In this document: positions 1-8,633 of the stretch, piece after piece
How the letters are laid out: every line of letters begins with the position of its first letter
Numbering within the stretch: the stretch's first letter is position 1
Origin: an uncultured Candidatus Saccharibacteria bacterium
GTDB lineage: Bacteria; Patescibacteriota; Saccharimonadia; Saccharimonadales; AWTP1-31
Direction of reading: 5' to 3'
DNA length: 64,000 nucleotides
Assembly (NCBI GenBank): GCA_964615565.1
Contig: CAZTPC010000001.1
Span: forward strand, 7,353-71,352
Made by a program: the position numbers and the translations under genes
Notes under the pieces: model-generated
What the model was told of the DNA's origin: nothing
The model's input: only the letters and a program-made list of their open reading frames with translations
Database searches by the model: none

Positions 1-296
1 GCTGTCGTTTATCTCTGCAAGTTCACGACGAAAAGCAGGAGAGCTGGTTTCTTATCACTGGCGAAGCCAAAGTTATTTGGGAGAACAGCAAAGGCGAGCT
101 GACTGAGACGGTTCTAGAAAAAGGCAAAGGCTACTCAACCTCTATCGGTCAGAAACACCGGCTCGTAGGTGTAACCGATTGCGACATTATCGAAGTTTCT
201 ACGCCCGAAAAGGGAACAACTTGGCGATTAGAAGACGATTACACACGCCCAGATGAAACTGAGCAACAGCGCAAGATTGAGCGTGGCGAACAGTAG
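1..296 (+). CDS. 3' end of mannose-1-phosphate guanylyltransferase / mannose-6-phosphate isomerase (C-terminal cupin domain); start lies upstream of window
   Basis: Frame 3 is open from the window edge to TAG at 294-296. The translation ...GEAKVIWENSKGELTETVLEKGKGYSTSIGQKHRLVGVTDCDIIEVSTPEKG..EDDYTR matches the type II PMI/ManC cupin motif (HRL.N.G...IEVQ.G.YL.EDDI.R). The ORF track omitted it because there is no in-window start. Confidence 0.6.
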   Translation, partial: CRLSLQVHDEKQESWFLITGEAKVIWENSKGELTETVLEKGKGYSTSIGQKHRLVGVTDCDIIEVSTPEKGTTWRLEDDYTRPDETEQQRKIERGEQ

Positions 297-1004
297 CTAG
301 GCGAGCACTAATCGAGGGTCGTCCGGGACGGGTGTGGTATCCCGACCAGAACCACGACGAGAGCTTTTCATAAAGAACCTTGGATCGTCACCGGCGATAA
401 TGTTGCCACCTATCAGAAAGAGTGGTGGCTGAAGGAGCTCTAGTTCTCCCATGGCCATCAACTTGAAGAGATCATTGCGGAGATGCGCATACCATGCCAG
501 ATGGAAAGAGCTTACTTCCTCTGGCGCGCCATAGATTATGAAGTGGCGTTTACGGTTTGGCGGAAAGCCATCGATAGTAGGACAGGTAAAGGGTGTATCA
601 GTTGGGTTCCAGAAACCATCCGTTCCAGTATCTCGGAGGTTTTCTATAACATCTAACCCCTCAGGGACGACAAAGCCAAGGTTGACTTCGTTCTTAAGTA
701 TTTTGTGAAACGCAAAGTTTACTCGGCAAACTTCGGCAGCCATATGCATTTCTGATCTACCTAGTCCGTCGCTCATTACTTCGGACACAACTGCCTGACT
801 GATAGTGCGGGTGAATCCAACACGTCTTGTTTCGTTGAGTACTTCGGGGTCTATTCCATCTGAGGCTAGCTTTGCAAGTGTCTCTTGACCTACACCGTCA
901 CCCAGACCCAGGACGGCAGGAGAGTGTGCTATTTGCTCGGCATACTGCTGAACCTCTTGATCAGACAGGTAGCTTTCCCTGAGTAATGAGTCTAGAACTT
1001 CCAT
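297..1004 (-). CDS. hypothetical protein (235 aa)
   Basis: Long ORF convergent with the cupin gene and divergent from the GT2 gene. No motif recognised with confidence; a weak G-x-G ... D-x-x-D segment does not match the canonical nucleotidyltransferase motif. Confidence 0.5.
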   Translation of the reverse strand: MEVLDSLLRESYLSDQEVQQYAEQIAHSPAVLGLGDGVGQETLAKLASDGIDPEVLNETRRVGFTRTISQAVVSEVMSDGLGRSEMHMAAEVCRVNFAFHKILKNEVNLGFVVPEGLDVIENLRDTGTDGFWNPTDTPFTCPTIDGFPPNRKRHFIIYGAPEEVSSFHLAWYAHLRNDLFKLMAMGELELLQPPLFLIGGNIIAGDDPRFFMKSSRRGSGRDTTPVPDDPRLVLA

Positions 1005-1056
1005 TGCACTATCAAACCATAGTTATGGCTCCATGCCAAGCTGTTACAATAAGCAC

Positions 1057-2025
1057 ATGAAACTAGTAGTCGTATCTATATGTATGGACGAGGAGAAGAC
1101 CATAGGTCAGGTTCTGGATGCGATTCCAGACAAGATCCCTGGTATTAAAGTAATTGAGAAGTGGGTTATTAGTGACGGTAGTACCGACAACACTCCAGCA
1201 GTTGCAAAGGCATATGGTGCGCATGTCCGACACGATGGTGTCCAGAAGCGTTTGGCATTTCGATTCCGCGAAGCGGTAGACCTGGCACTCAGTCGTGGCG
1301 CGGATATCCTAGTGAATATCGACGGTGATATGCAGTTCAACCCGGCGGATATCCCACAGTTTGTCGGACCAATTGTAGATGACGAAGCAGACTTTGTAGC
1401 AGCCGACCGATTTACTAATCCAGACTCTGGTCTGGTGCGACGCCCACAGAATATGCCAGCCGGTAAGTACTACGGCAACAAGCTCGGTGCCTGGATTACT
1501 GGCAAGCTGAGCGGCCAAAGCTTCCCAGATGTCACCTGTGGTTTCCGCGCATATAGCCGCAAGGCGCTGATCTCAATCAACATCAATAGCATGTATACCT
1601 ACACCCAGGAAACATTCCAGGTCTTGGCCATGAAACGCATGCGTATCAAGGCTGTGCCGGTTCATGTTACTTACTTCAAAGGCCGTAAGTCGCGCGTAGT
1701 GTTAAGTATCCCGAGTTATATCGCTATGAGCGCTGTAAACATTCTGCGGGCATACCGAGACTTTGCGCCACTCAGATTCTTTGCATGGCTTGGAACGATT
1801 CCATTCGGCTTTGGATTACTAAGCTTTATCCTGCTCGGTATCCACTGGTTTAACACCGGCGAACTCTCGCCATATAAATTCCTTGGTTTTGTTGGTATTT
1901 ATCTGACAACACTTGGACTTATTCTGTGGGTGGTAGGATTGCTCGCCGACATGCAAGTACGCTTGCTCAACAATCAAGAAAAAATGTACGAAGGTCTCAA
2001 AGAACTCAAGTACCCCAAAGACTAA
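1057..2025 (+). CDS. family 2 glycosyltransferase, polyprenol-phosphate sugar transferase type (DPM1/GtrB-like) with C-terminal TM helices
   Basis: Contains MKLVVVSICMDEE..., DGSTDNT and the DGD motif (IDGDMQF), then two C-terminal TM helices. Start chosen at MKLVVV; the ORF extends to 1033. Confidence 0.85.
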   Translation: MKLVVVSICMDEEKTIGQVLDAIPDKIPGIKVIEKWVISDGSTDNTPAVAKAYGAHVRHDGVQKRLAFRFREAVDLALSRGADILVNIDGDMQFNPADIPQFVGPIVDDEADFVAADRFTNPDSGLVRRPQNMPAGKYYGNKLGAWITGKLSGQSFPDVTCGFRAYSRKALISININSMYTYTQETFQVLAMKRMRIKAVPVHVTYFKGRKSRVVLSIPSYIAMSAVNILRAYRDFAPLRFFAWLGTIPFGFGLLSFILLGIHWFNTGELSPYKFLGFVGIYLTTLGLILWVVGLLADMQVRLLNNQEKMYEGLKELKYPKD

Positions 2026-2029
2026 AAAT

Positions 2030-2914
2030 ATGCCAAAGATCGCAGTTTTTGATTACAGAATACTTCCGAAAGAACAGCAGGCTATTCAGGAGTTAGCAGA
2101 TAACAATATCCGATTCCCGCTGGAACGTAGCAAACTAAATGATTTAAATGAAATGACTGGCGACGCCGAGATCGTCCTGATTACTCCGTGGGAGAAAGTG
2201 ACAAAAGAATATCTCGATGCACATCCGAACATGAAATACATTGGTCTTTGTGGTACGTCGACTGCAAACATCGATCTGGAAGAACTAGAAAAGCGTGATA
2301 TAGCATTTAGAAATATAGTCTGGCACAACAAAGAAGGCGTGGCAGAGTTTTACTTTATGTACTTGGTTGCACTAGCTCGAGGAGTTGGTGAGTATCAATG
2401 GAAGGCAGGTGAAACCCATGAGTTAGTTGGTAAGAGCATTGGTATTATTGGGCTCGGTCATGTTGGTCAGGCATTTGCACACATGGCGTTGGCATATAAG
2501 ATGAATGTTAGCTACTTTAGCCCGCATAGAAAGCAGGAGTGGGAAGACAAGGGCGTTACATATAAAGAGAAGGCCGATCTTGTTGCTGACAACGAGATAC
2601 TTGTTGTTTGTAGTCCTACCAATGTACGTGTTTTGGATAAGCCAGACTTTGACTTGATCAAACCAGGCAGCATTCTTATGCAGGCTTGTGGTGGTACACC
2701 GTTCGATGCGGATGCATTCAAAGCATGGGTAAGCAAGCCAGGGAACTTTGCTGTGTTCGAGATGTCGGCTGGACAGGAGAATCACGATACATATAAAGAC
2801 CTACCAGGTGTCATATTCTCAGACTTAGTAGCTGGCGACACATATGAATCAAACCAGAGACGTGGTAGATCCGCAGTTGAGAATCTTAAGACTTACTTGG
2901 CTTCTGTCACTTAG
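2030..2914 (+). CDS. D-isomer-specific 2-hydroxyacid dehydrogenase family (NAD-binding)
   Basis: Rossmann GxGxxG (GIIGLGHVGQAF) and the catalytic domain layout typical of the D-2-HADH family. Confidence 0.8.
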   Translation: MPKIAVFDYRILPKEQQAIQELADNNIRFPLERSKLNDLNEMTGDAEIVLITPWEKVTKEYLDAHPNMKYIGLCGTSTANIDLEELEKRDIAFRNIVWHNKEGVAEFYFMYLVALARGVGEYQWKAGETHELVGKSIGIIGLGHVGQAFAHMALAYKMNVSYFSPHRKQEWEDKGVTYKEKADLVADNEILVVCSPTNVRVLDKPDFDLIKPGSILMQACGGTPFDADAFKAWVSKPGNFAVFEMSAGQENHDTYKDLPGVIFSDLVAGDTYESNQRRGRSAVENLKTYLASVT

Positions 2915-2916
2915 TT

Positions 2917-4026
2917 TCAGTTTGTGTGCTGGTCGACGAAGGTTTGAATTTTTTTCTGGAAGTTCTGCTCCGAGAATTGCCCTGCAAACGAAGCGACATC
3001 TTTGGGGTTAAATTTGCTTGAATCAAATTTCTTAAGAACGGCCACTAGGCTTTGTACGGTTTGCTCCTCGAAGAATAGGCCAGTCTTGCCCGGGATAACA
3101 TAGTCGCGCACGCCACCTTTACCGTAGGCGATCACCGGTGTGCCGGCAGCGATTGCCTCGAGCGGTGCGATGCCAAAGTCTTCGAATGATGCAGATAGGA
3201 ACGCCTCGGCACCAGCTAGATGTTCCAGAACTTCTTGGTCGTTTACGTTCTCGAGGAACTCAATGGTTGGGCCGGCAATGGCAACGAGACGGGCATGTTC
3301 CGGGCCGCGACCAATAACTTTGAGTGGCAATTTAAGCTCATTACATGCCTTTATGAGGATGTCATTATGCTTATACAAGACCTGTCGACTAACTGTCACA
3401 AAGCCACTGCGTTTGTTCGTAAAGCTGTGCTCGAACCGTTTTGTGTCGAGCGGGGGATTAATAACCACTGCTTCGCGGCCATAATATTGCTTTATCTCGC
3501 CGGCTATAAAACTGGAGTTGGCGATAAAGTAGTCCACCTTTTGTGCTGCACGGTAGTCGCGTTTTCGGAATGGTCCTACAAAGAATCGAAGACCAATCTT
3601 GGCTGCCCAGTTAAGTGCTCCAAATCCAGGATCTTTTAAGTACTTTTTGTAGCTACGCCAGTAATAGTGAGTTGGGGCATGGCAATAGCATATGTGTGTG
3701 GTTGTATCAGGGACTTGCAGGTCATTGGCTTCGCCATTGCCCTTACTGCTGATAACCACGTCATAGGCGGATAGATCAAGATTACTAAACCAACTAATGC
3801 GACCAATACTTGAGATGATTGCCCAGCGACGAATTGCACTGAATGGCCACTTCTGCATCTTGCCAGTCACAACTTTGTTATCAAGTTTCTCACGCCACTC
3901 GGGTGTGCAATAGGAGGTATATATTGGTGCGTCGGGATATTGTTTGTGGAGTTGCTCCACGACCCGTTCGGCTCCGCCACCCACTAGCCAGTCATGAACT
4001 ATTGCAACCTTCAATGTTTTAGCCAC
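2917..4026 (-). CDS. family 4 glycosyltransferase (GT4, retaining)
   Basis: N-terminal VAIVHDWLVGGGAERV and the C-terminal EDFGIAPLEAIAAGTPVIA motif (E-x7-E region). Confidence 0.85.
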   Translation of the reverse strand: MAKTLKVAIVHDWLVGGGAERVVEQLHKQYPDAPIYTSYCTPEWREKLDNKVVTGKMQKWPFSAIRRWAIISSIGRISWFSNLDLSAYDVVISSKGNGEANDLQVPDTTTHICYCHAPTHYYWRSYKKYLKDPGFGALNWAAKIGLRFFVGPFRKRDYRAAQKVDYFIANSSFIAGEIKQYYGREAVVINPPLDTKRFEHSFTNKRSGFVTVSRQVLYKHNDILIKACNELKLPLKVIGRGPEHARLVAIAGPTIEFLENVNDQEVLEHLAGAEAFLSASFEDFGIAPLEAIAAGTPVIAYGKGGVRDYVIPGKTGLFFEEQTVQSLVAVLKKFDSSKFNPKDVASFAGQFSEQNFQKKIQTFVDQHTN

Positions 4027-5440
4027 GAATAACTGCCTTGATAGTCTTGACTAGAATAGTGAGGTCTAACCAGAAGCTCCAGTTTTGTACATAAAAAGTA
4101 TCGAGCTTTCGACGTTCCTCGAAGCTAATATCCCGCAGGCCAGATACTTGTGCCAAGCCAGTTAAGCCGGACTTTACACTTAGAATGGTGTGTTTCTTTT
4201 CGTATTTGTTTAATTCATTTGGAATAAGTGCCCGTGGGCCAACCAGACTAATCTCTCCGTGCAGGATGTTGAACAACTGAGGTAGTTCGTCGATATGTGT
4301 TCGTCGAGTAATGCGACCAACTGGCGTAACCCGGAAGTCATGGTCCAGGCGGTCACCATTCTTTCGATATTCTTTGATGAGCTCTGGCTTACCAATCATG
4401 GCAAAGACTTCTTCGTCTTTTTTGCCATCAAACTTGGCATAGTGCGAGCGGAACTTCAGAACTTTAAAGATGCGGTTGTGGCGAGTGAGTCGTTCTTGCT
4501 GAACGCCGCGCATAAACACCGGGCCTTTTGGATCACTGAGTTTTACGGCAATTGCAGTAAGTAACATGATCGGGCTAGTCACAATAATAAGAATAATCGA
4601 TCCAAAGATATCGAATAGCCGTTTGACCACGCGACCCCAACCAACAAGTGCGGTCTGGTGTACTGCGATCATTGGGATACTCCCACCGAATAGCTCTACT
4701 TCCATGTTGCCTACAAACAAGCTGCTGTTGCCAGGCACAAAACGATAGGCGGCATGATTGACCTGCGCAAAGCGTAGTACTGCATCATTCTTTTCTTGAT
4801 CCTTGTATAACTCTGTTTGGATGATGCTGTGAATTGGCTCGGAAACCTTTTCGAGTGCGACCGAAAAGTTGGAGTAGTTCTTAAAACCCTTGGCTTCTCG
4901 CCCAACAACTCCAAGCACCCGCTGGCCGGTAGACTTGGTGTTGGCAATCGCTTCGGCAACCTCAGCAGACTTGGACGTATCACCAACTATCAGTACATTA
5001 CTAACACCAATTCCATAGGCGTAGAGCGCGCGGCGAAGTAGTAGTGCAAAGAGCCTAAAGATTACTAAGAATCCAAACCCAAGAGCTAATCCGTACACTG
5101 GTACTAGACGAGCAGGGAACAATTCACTGGTACTCACAAAGTCGTAACCGATAAGTACTAAGATTCCTAAGATTGAGCCAACGAGTAACCGAGCAAGTTC
5201 CTGAAAACGACGTTCGTATACGCGCTGACTGTATAGGCCAATAAACGCATGCACGCCTATCCATAGCGGCAGGACACTAAACATCGCTCTAAAGTAGTCG
5301 ACTGCACCGATTTGCTGAAGAAGTGGCCGGTCATCAATCTTAACGCGCAAGATATATGCCAAGCCAAAGGCAGCCAAGAGTGCAAGAAAATCACCCGCCA
5401 CCAATAGGAGGGCATAACCGAGCGAAGCGTTATTTTTCAT
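4019..5440 (-). CDS. polyprenyl-phosphate hexose-1-phosphate transferase (WbaP/sugar transferase, priming glycosyltransferase)
   Basis: N-terminal multi-TM region followed by the bacterial sugar transferase domain (KRLFDIFGS..., PRGPVFMRGV, DELPQLFNILHGEISLVGPR). Overlaps the GT4 gene by 8 nt. Confidence 0.9.
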   Translation of the reverse strand: MKNNASLGYALLLVAGDFLALLAAFGLAYILRVKIDDRPLLQQIGAVDYFRAMFSVLPLWIGVHAFIGLYSQRVYERRFQELARLLVGSILGILVLIGYDFVSTSELFPARLVPVYGLALGFGFLVIFRLFALLLRRALYAYGIGVSNVLIVGDTSKSAEVAEAIANTKSTGQRVLGVVGREAKGFKNYSNFSVALEKVSEPIHSIIQTELYKDQEKNDAVLRFAQVNHAAYRFVPGNSSLFVGNMEVELFGGSIPMIAVHQTALVGWGRVVKRLFDIFGSIILIIVTSPIMLLTAIAVKLSDPKGPVFMRGVQQERLTRHNRIFKVLKFRSHYAKFDGKKDEEVFAMIGKPELIKEYRKNGDRLDHDFRVTPVGRITRRTHIDELPQLFNILHGEISLVGPRALIPNELNKYEKKHTILSVKSGLTGLAQVSGLRDISFEERRKLDTFYVQNWSFWLDLTILVKTIKAVIRG

Positions 5441-5480
5441 AGCTCAATTGTACCGCCTCACAAGGGTAATTGCTAACTGG

Positions 5481-5900
5481 TTAGAAGTGGGGCAACCAAG
5501 GGAATGCAGGCTTGGTCCGACTTTTATCACATAAGTCTCTATAAGCAGCAAGGTTGTCTGGATCGTTACGGTATACGTTCTGAATTGTTTGGCGGTCACA
5601 CCAGTAATGCGTATGACCTTCTAAATAGTAATCCGGGAAACCTATTTTGGCAGTGAGTGTCTCAGTTTGATTGCGGATATGAAACTGACGTCCAATACTA
5701 TGGACACCTATTCTGGCTAGGCCAACCAAGCCAATAGCGCCGGCAGACACAGCGCTATAGATATTTGCCGGTTCTGGGTTGAGGATTGCATCTACGATAA
5801 ACGGCGTAGCTATGCCGCTGCCGATAGCAATCTCAGCAAGACCAACCGGTGCAGTCCGTATGGTCTCAATTGGATGGCGAACAGATCTAGGAATCTCCAT
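5481..5900 (-). CDS. hypothetical protein (139 aa)
   Basis: ORF filling the gap between wbaP-like and MFS genes. No recognisable motif or RBS. Confidence 0.35.
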   Translation of the reverse strand: MEIPRSVRHPIETIRTAPVGLAEIAIGSGIATPFIVDAILNPEPANIYSAVSAGAIGLVGLARIGVHSIGRQFHIRNQTETLTAKIGFPDYYLEGHTHYWCDRQTIQNVYRNDPDNLAAYRDLCDKSRTKPAFPWLPHF

Positions 5901-5944
5901 AATAAGCTGTTAACTATACAACAAAAGATGAGTATGAGCAATAC

Positions 5945-7114
5945 TTAGGCAGGGCGTGGTTTGAAGAACTTACTGCCAAATACAAGGAGTACAACTGCAA
6001 ATGTTGTACCAAATAATGCAATGACACCAAAGCCGTTACGCAGTCCTAAGCCACCAATAATCACACCTGCTGCAAAAGGCATCCACATCTGCTGAAGGCC
6101 TTCGAGGTTACTCATGATAGATAATAGCGTTGCTTTGGGCTGTCCAGGTAACTTTGCAAGCATCTTTTCTTGGTAGATGATTCGGCGGTATCGCCAGACA
6201 GAGATGCTAGCGATTACTACTACAATGAGTAACGGCAGTGAATATATGAATACGGCAATGTATGGGATTACGGCCAGAACACTATCTCCGGCAAGGACCA
6301 CCCAAACTGGTAAATCCTTGACCTTATGGAAGTAGATGCCCATGATTGCCCCAATGATCGAGGCAGCCGAGAATATCCATCCAAGTAGTGAGGGCTGCAT
6401 GCCAAGTTGTTTGAAAGCCAGGTTAAAGAAGTCGCTGGGAGCCGTGTAAAGCGCACCTATTACTCCATATCCTAAGGCAAAACCAAGAGCACCTTTAGAC
6501 TTAAGTATTAGACCTAAGTGTCCAAAGTTAGTTCGCTCTATCTTACGGTTATGCACGTCTTTCAGGATTAGCGCGACGATGCCTAGCGAGGCGTATGCTA
6601 CTGTGCCAATTAGGAACGGCAGTCGATGATCAATCTTGTAAGTCATAGGTACCAGTGCCAGCAAAATAGCATTAATTATTAACGATAATGACTGTGCTCG
6701 ACTAACAATCTTGGTATACGAGCTGACTTTGTCTAGTACTACTAATGAGTCGTGTATCAGCGCTTCTCCAGCGCCAAGCAAGAATCCGTAGCCTACTGCC
6801 TCGAAAAATGTCCCTACGAAGATTGCTGGCTTGTGAGGCAGGAAAGCATATATTAGGGTTGCAACTACATTGAGGAGTGCGCCAATACGCAGACTATTGG
6901 CACGGCCGTACCTATCAGCAAAGATACCCGTTGGTACATCGGCAAGGAAGTTAACAATATAGAAGAATGAACCAAGAATACCAATTTCGGCAAAGGTAAA
7001 GTTGGCAACCTGCATAAAGTAGATCGCGGCCAAGGGCAAAAAGACCCTCTTGGTAAAAATCTTGAGGACAGGAAAGAATCGAACGTTGCGATTGGCGTAT
7101 TGTTTGGCGTCCAC
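5945..7114 (-). CDS. MFS transporter
   Basis: About 12 predicted TM helices and the MFS signature G-x3-D-R-x-G-R (FADRYGRANSL). Confidence 0.85.
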   Translation of the reverse strand: MDAKQYANRNVRFFPVLKIFTKRVFLPLAAIYFMQVANFTFAEIGILGSFFYIVNFLADVPTGIFADRYGRANSLRIGALLNVVATLIYAFLPHKPAIFVGTFFEAVGYGFLLGAGEALIHDSLVVLDKVSSYTKIVSRAQSLSLIINAILLALVPMTYKIDHRLPFLIGTVAYASLGIVALILKDVHNRKIERTNFGHLGLILKSKGALGFALGYGVIGALYTAPSDFFNLAFKQLGMQPSLLGWIFSAASIIGAIMGIYFHKVKDLPVWVVLAGDSVLAVIPYIAVFIYSLPLLIVVVIASISVWRYRRIIYQEKMLAKLPGQPKATLLSIMSNLEGLQQMWMPFAAGVIIGGLGLRNGFGVIALFGTTFAVVLLVFGSKFFKPRPA

Positions 7115-7221
7115 CGGCGAGCTCCTTTGGACTCTATTCTACAGTGCCTTTAGCCCAAAGACTAACACTCGAGCGGGGAAGTCACACATGCTATACTTCG
7201 AATAAGAAAAGGGAGAAACTC

Positions 7222-8631
7222 ATGCGTAAGTTGATTCGATTGTTGCCGGCATTAGTGCTGGCTGTTTTTATGTTGGCGGGTGGAACGGCAAGTGCGGCTG
7301 ATGCGTCATTATTGCTAGGTCAGAATCATAACTACTCGGTGCACTTTAGAAGCAACGGCGAGGCAATAGTCTCTGCTCGTGTTGTGGTTCATAACAGAAA
7401 TACAGATGATCTAAAGAAGGTCAGCCTGTCTATACCCGGTAGTGTGTACGAGGTGTACGCGCTGCAACAGATCCTGCCCAAAACATGCGACAAATACACC
7501 TATTCATACGGATATAGCGGCGAATCGACATGTGCAAAAGAATCAGACCCTGATTATACCGAACAGTATTATGGCTATTACCAAGACAACAATGTGGTGT
7601 ACAAAAAGCTAAAGCCAGTGCAAGAGGGTGAGAAGTATACATTCTCTCTATCTGAGGCAATTGCAGAAGACAAGTCCGGTGCGATTATTGTCTCTTATGC
7701 CTCCAAATCGTATACCCATAAAAGATTTGGCAAAATGAAGTTCGATTTCCAGACCTTCAAGGCAGATGAGCGGATTCAGAAAGCAAAAGTTGCGGTGACC
7801 TTTGACGACGATGTCTATTACAACGGCAAACGATCGAGTGTACAGTACGCACCAGAAGCTTCATCAGGCATTAGCGCTTTGGCTGACTCTGCCGGATCAA
7901 GTAATAAATCGCTGCAAAGTTACGTCGGATCCATTGGCGACTCTGGTGCAATCATTAAGAATTCAAACAATCTTGCTCCTGGTGATACATACCATGTGAC
8001 TGGTATCTATGCTTCAAGCTGGCTGGGCTTGTACGGTACGACACTATTCTGGACAGTCTTTGGCTTTGCAGCACTGTTTGTAGGTATCTATCTACTAACT
8101 CGATGGCGAGCATCAAGGCACCGTGGTGCCAAGGGTGGCGGAGGCGACGGGGTCGGGCCTACTATTTCTGCTCAGCCGCAGCAACCCTCGCAATCAGATC
8201 ATACAGAGAATCGTATGCGTGCTTTCCCAACTGCTCAGAAAGAACCAGTGAAGGTTATGTGGCTAACGGTTACACCGCTGTTTGCTAGCTTTCTGTACGC
8301 ATTATTCTCAGTCGTTCTTACGGGATTAGTAGGTCTTGGCATTATTGTCTTGTCGGCAATCGCCTTACGAAACACTAGCTATGACTATTCTGGTCCGCAG
8401 ATTTTTGGCATTGGCCTGGCGGTTGCAGCAGGTGTTATTACGGCAATCGTTGGGTTATTTACGCTGCCAATTGTGATGGCACGCAAACGCGGACTTCGTT
8501 ACCTATTTACAACGCTCGTTTTTGAAGTTGTTTGGCTACTAGTGACAATGTCAGTAATAGGCATCTTTACTGGAACACCAAACACATCTACCCCAGACTA
8601 TTACGAAGGTGGCGGCATACAGCCACTATAA
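7222..8631 (+). CDS. hypothetical secreted/membrane protein (signal peptide, extracytosolic domain, C-terminal multi-TM region)
   Basis: Start chosen at MRKLIRLLPALVLAVFMLAGGTASAADA (signal peptide), preceded by the purine-rich aaaagggagaaact. The track ORF begins at 7144. There is a Gly-rich cytoplasmic linker and three or more C-terminal TM helices. Confidence 0.65.
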   Translation: MRKLIRLLPALVLAVFMLAGGTASAADASLLLGQNHNYSVHFRSNGEAIVSARVVVHNRNTDDLKKVSLSIPGSVYEVYALQQILPKTCDKYTYSYGYSGESTCAKESDPDYTEQYYGYYQDNNVVYKKLKPVQEGEKYTFSLSEAIAEDKSGAIIVSYASKSYTHKRFGKMKFDFQTFKADERIQKAKVAVTFDDDVYYNGKRSSVQYAPEASSGISALADSAGSSNKSLQSYVGSIGDSGAIIKNSNNLAPGDTYHVTGIYASSWLGLYGTTLFWTVFGFAALFVGIYLLTRWRASRHRGAKGGGGDGVGPTISAQPQQPSQSDHTENRMRAFPTAQKEPVKVMWLTVTPLFASFLYALFSVVLTGLVGLGIIVLSAIALRNTSYDYSGPQIFGIGLAVAAGVITAIVGLFTLPIVMARKRGLRYLFTTLVFEVVWLLVTMSVIGIFTGTPNTSTPDYYEGGGIQPL

Positions 8632-8633
8632 AC

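Noticed and set aside
1107-1518. Minus-strand ORFs 1107-1340 and 1309-1518 inside the GT2 gene
   Set aside because: Antisense to a well-supported glycosyltransferase ORF, short and without motifs. They are typical shadow ORFs.
3140-3839. Plus-strand ORFs 3140-3484 and 3220-3639, and minus-strand 3636-3839, inside the GT4 gene
   Set aside because: They overlap the strongly supported GT4 coding frame. They are Ala/Arg-rich translations typical of out-of-frame reads.
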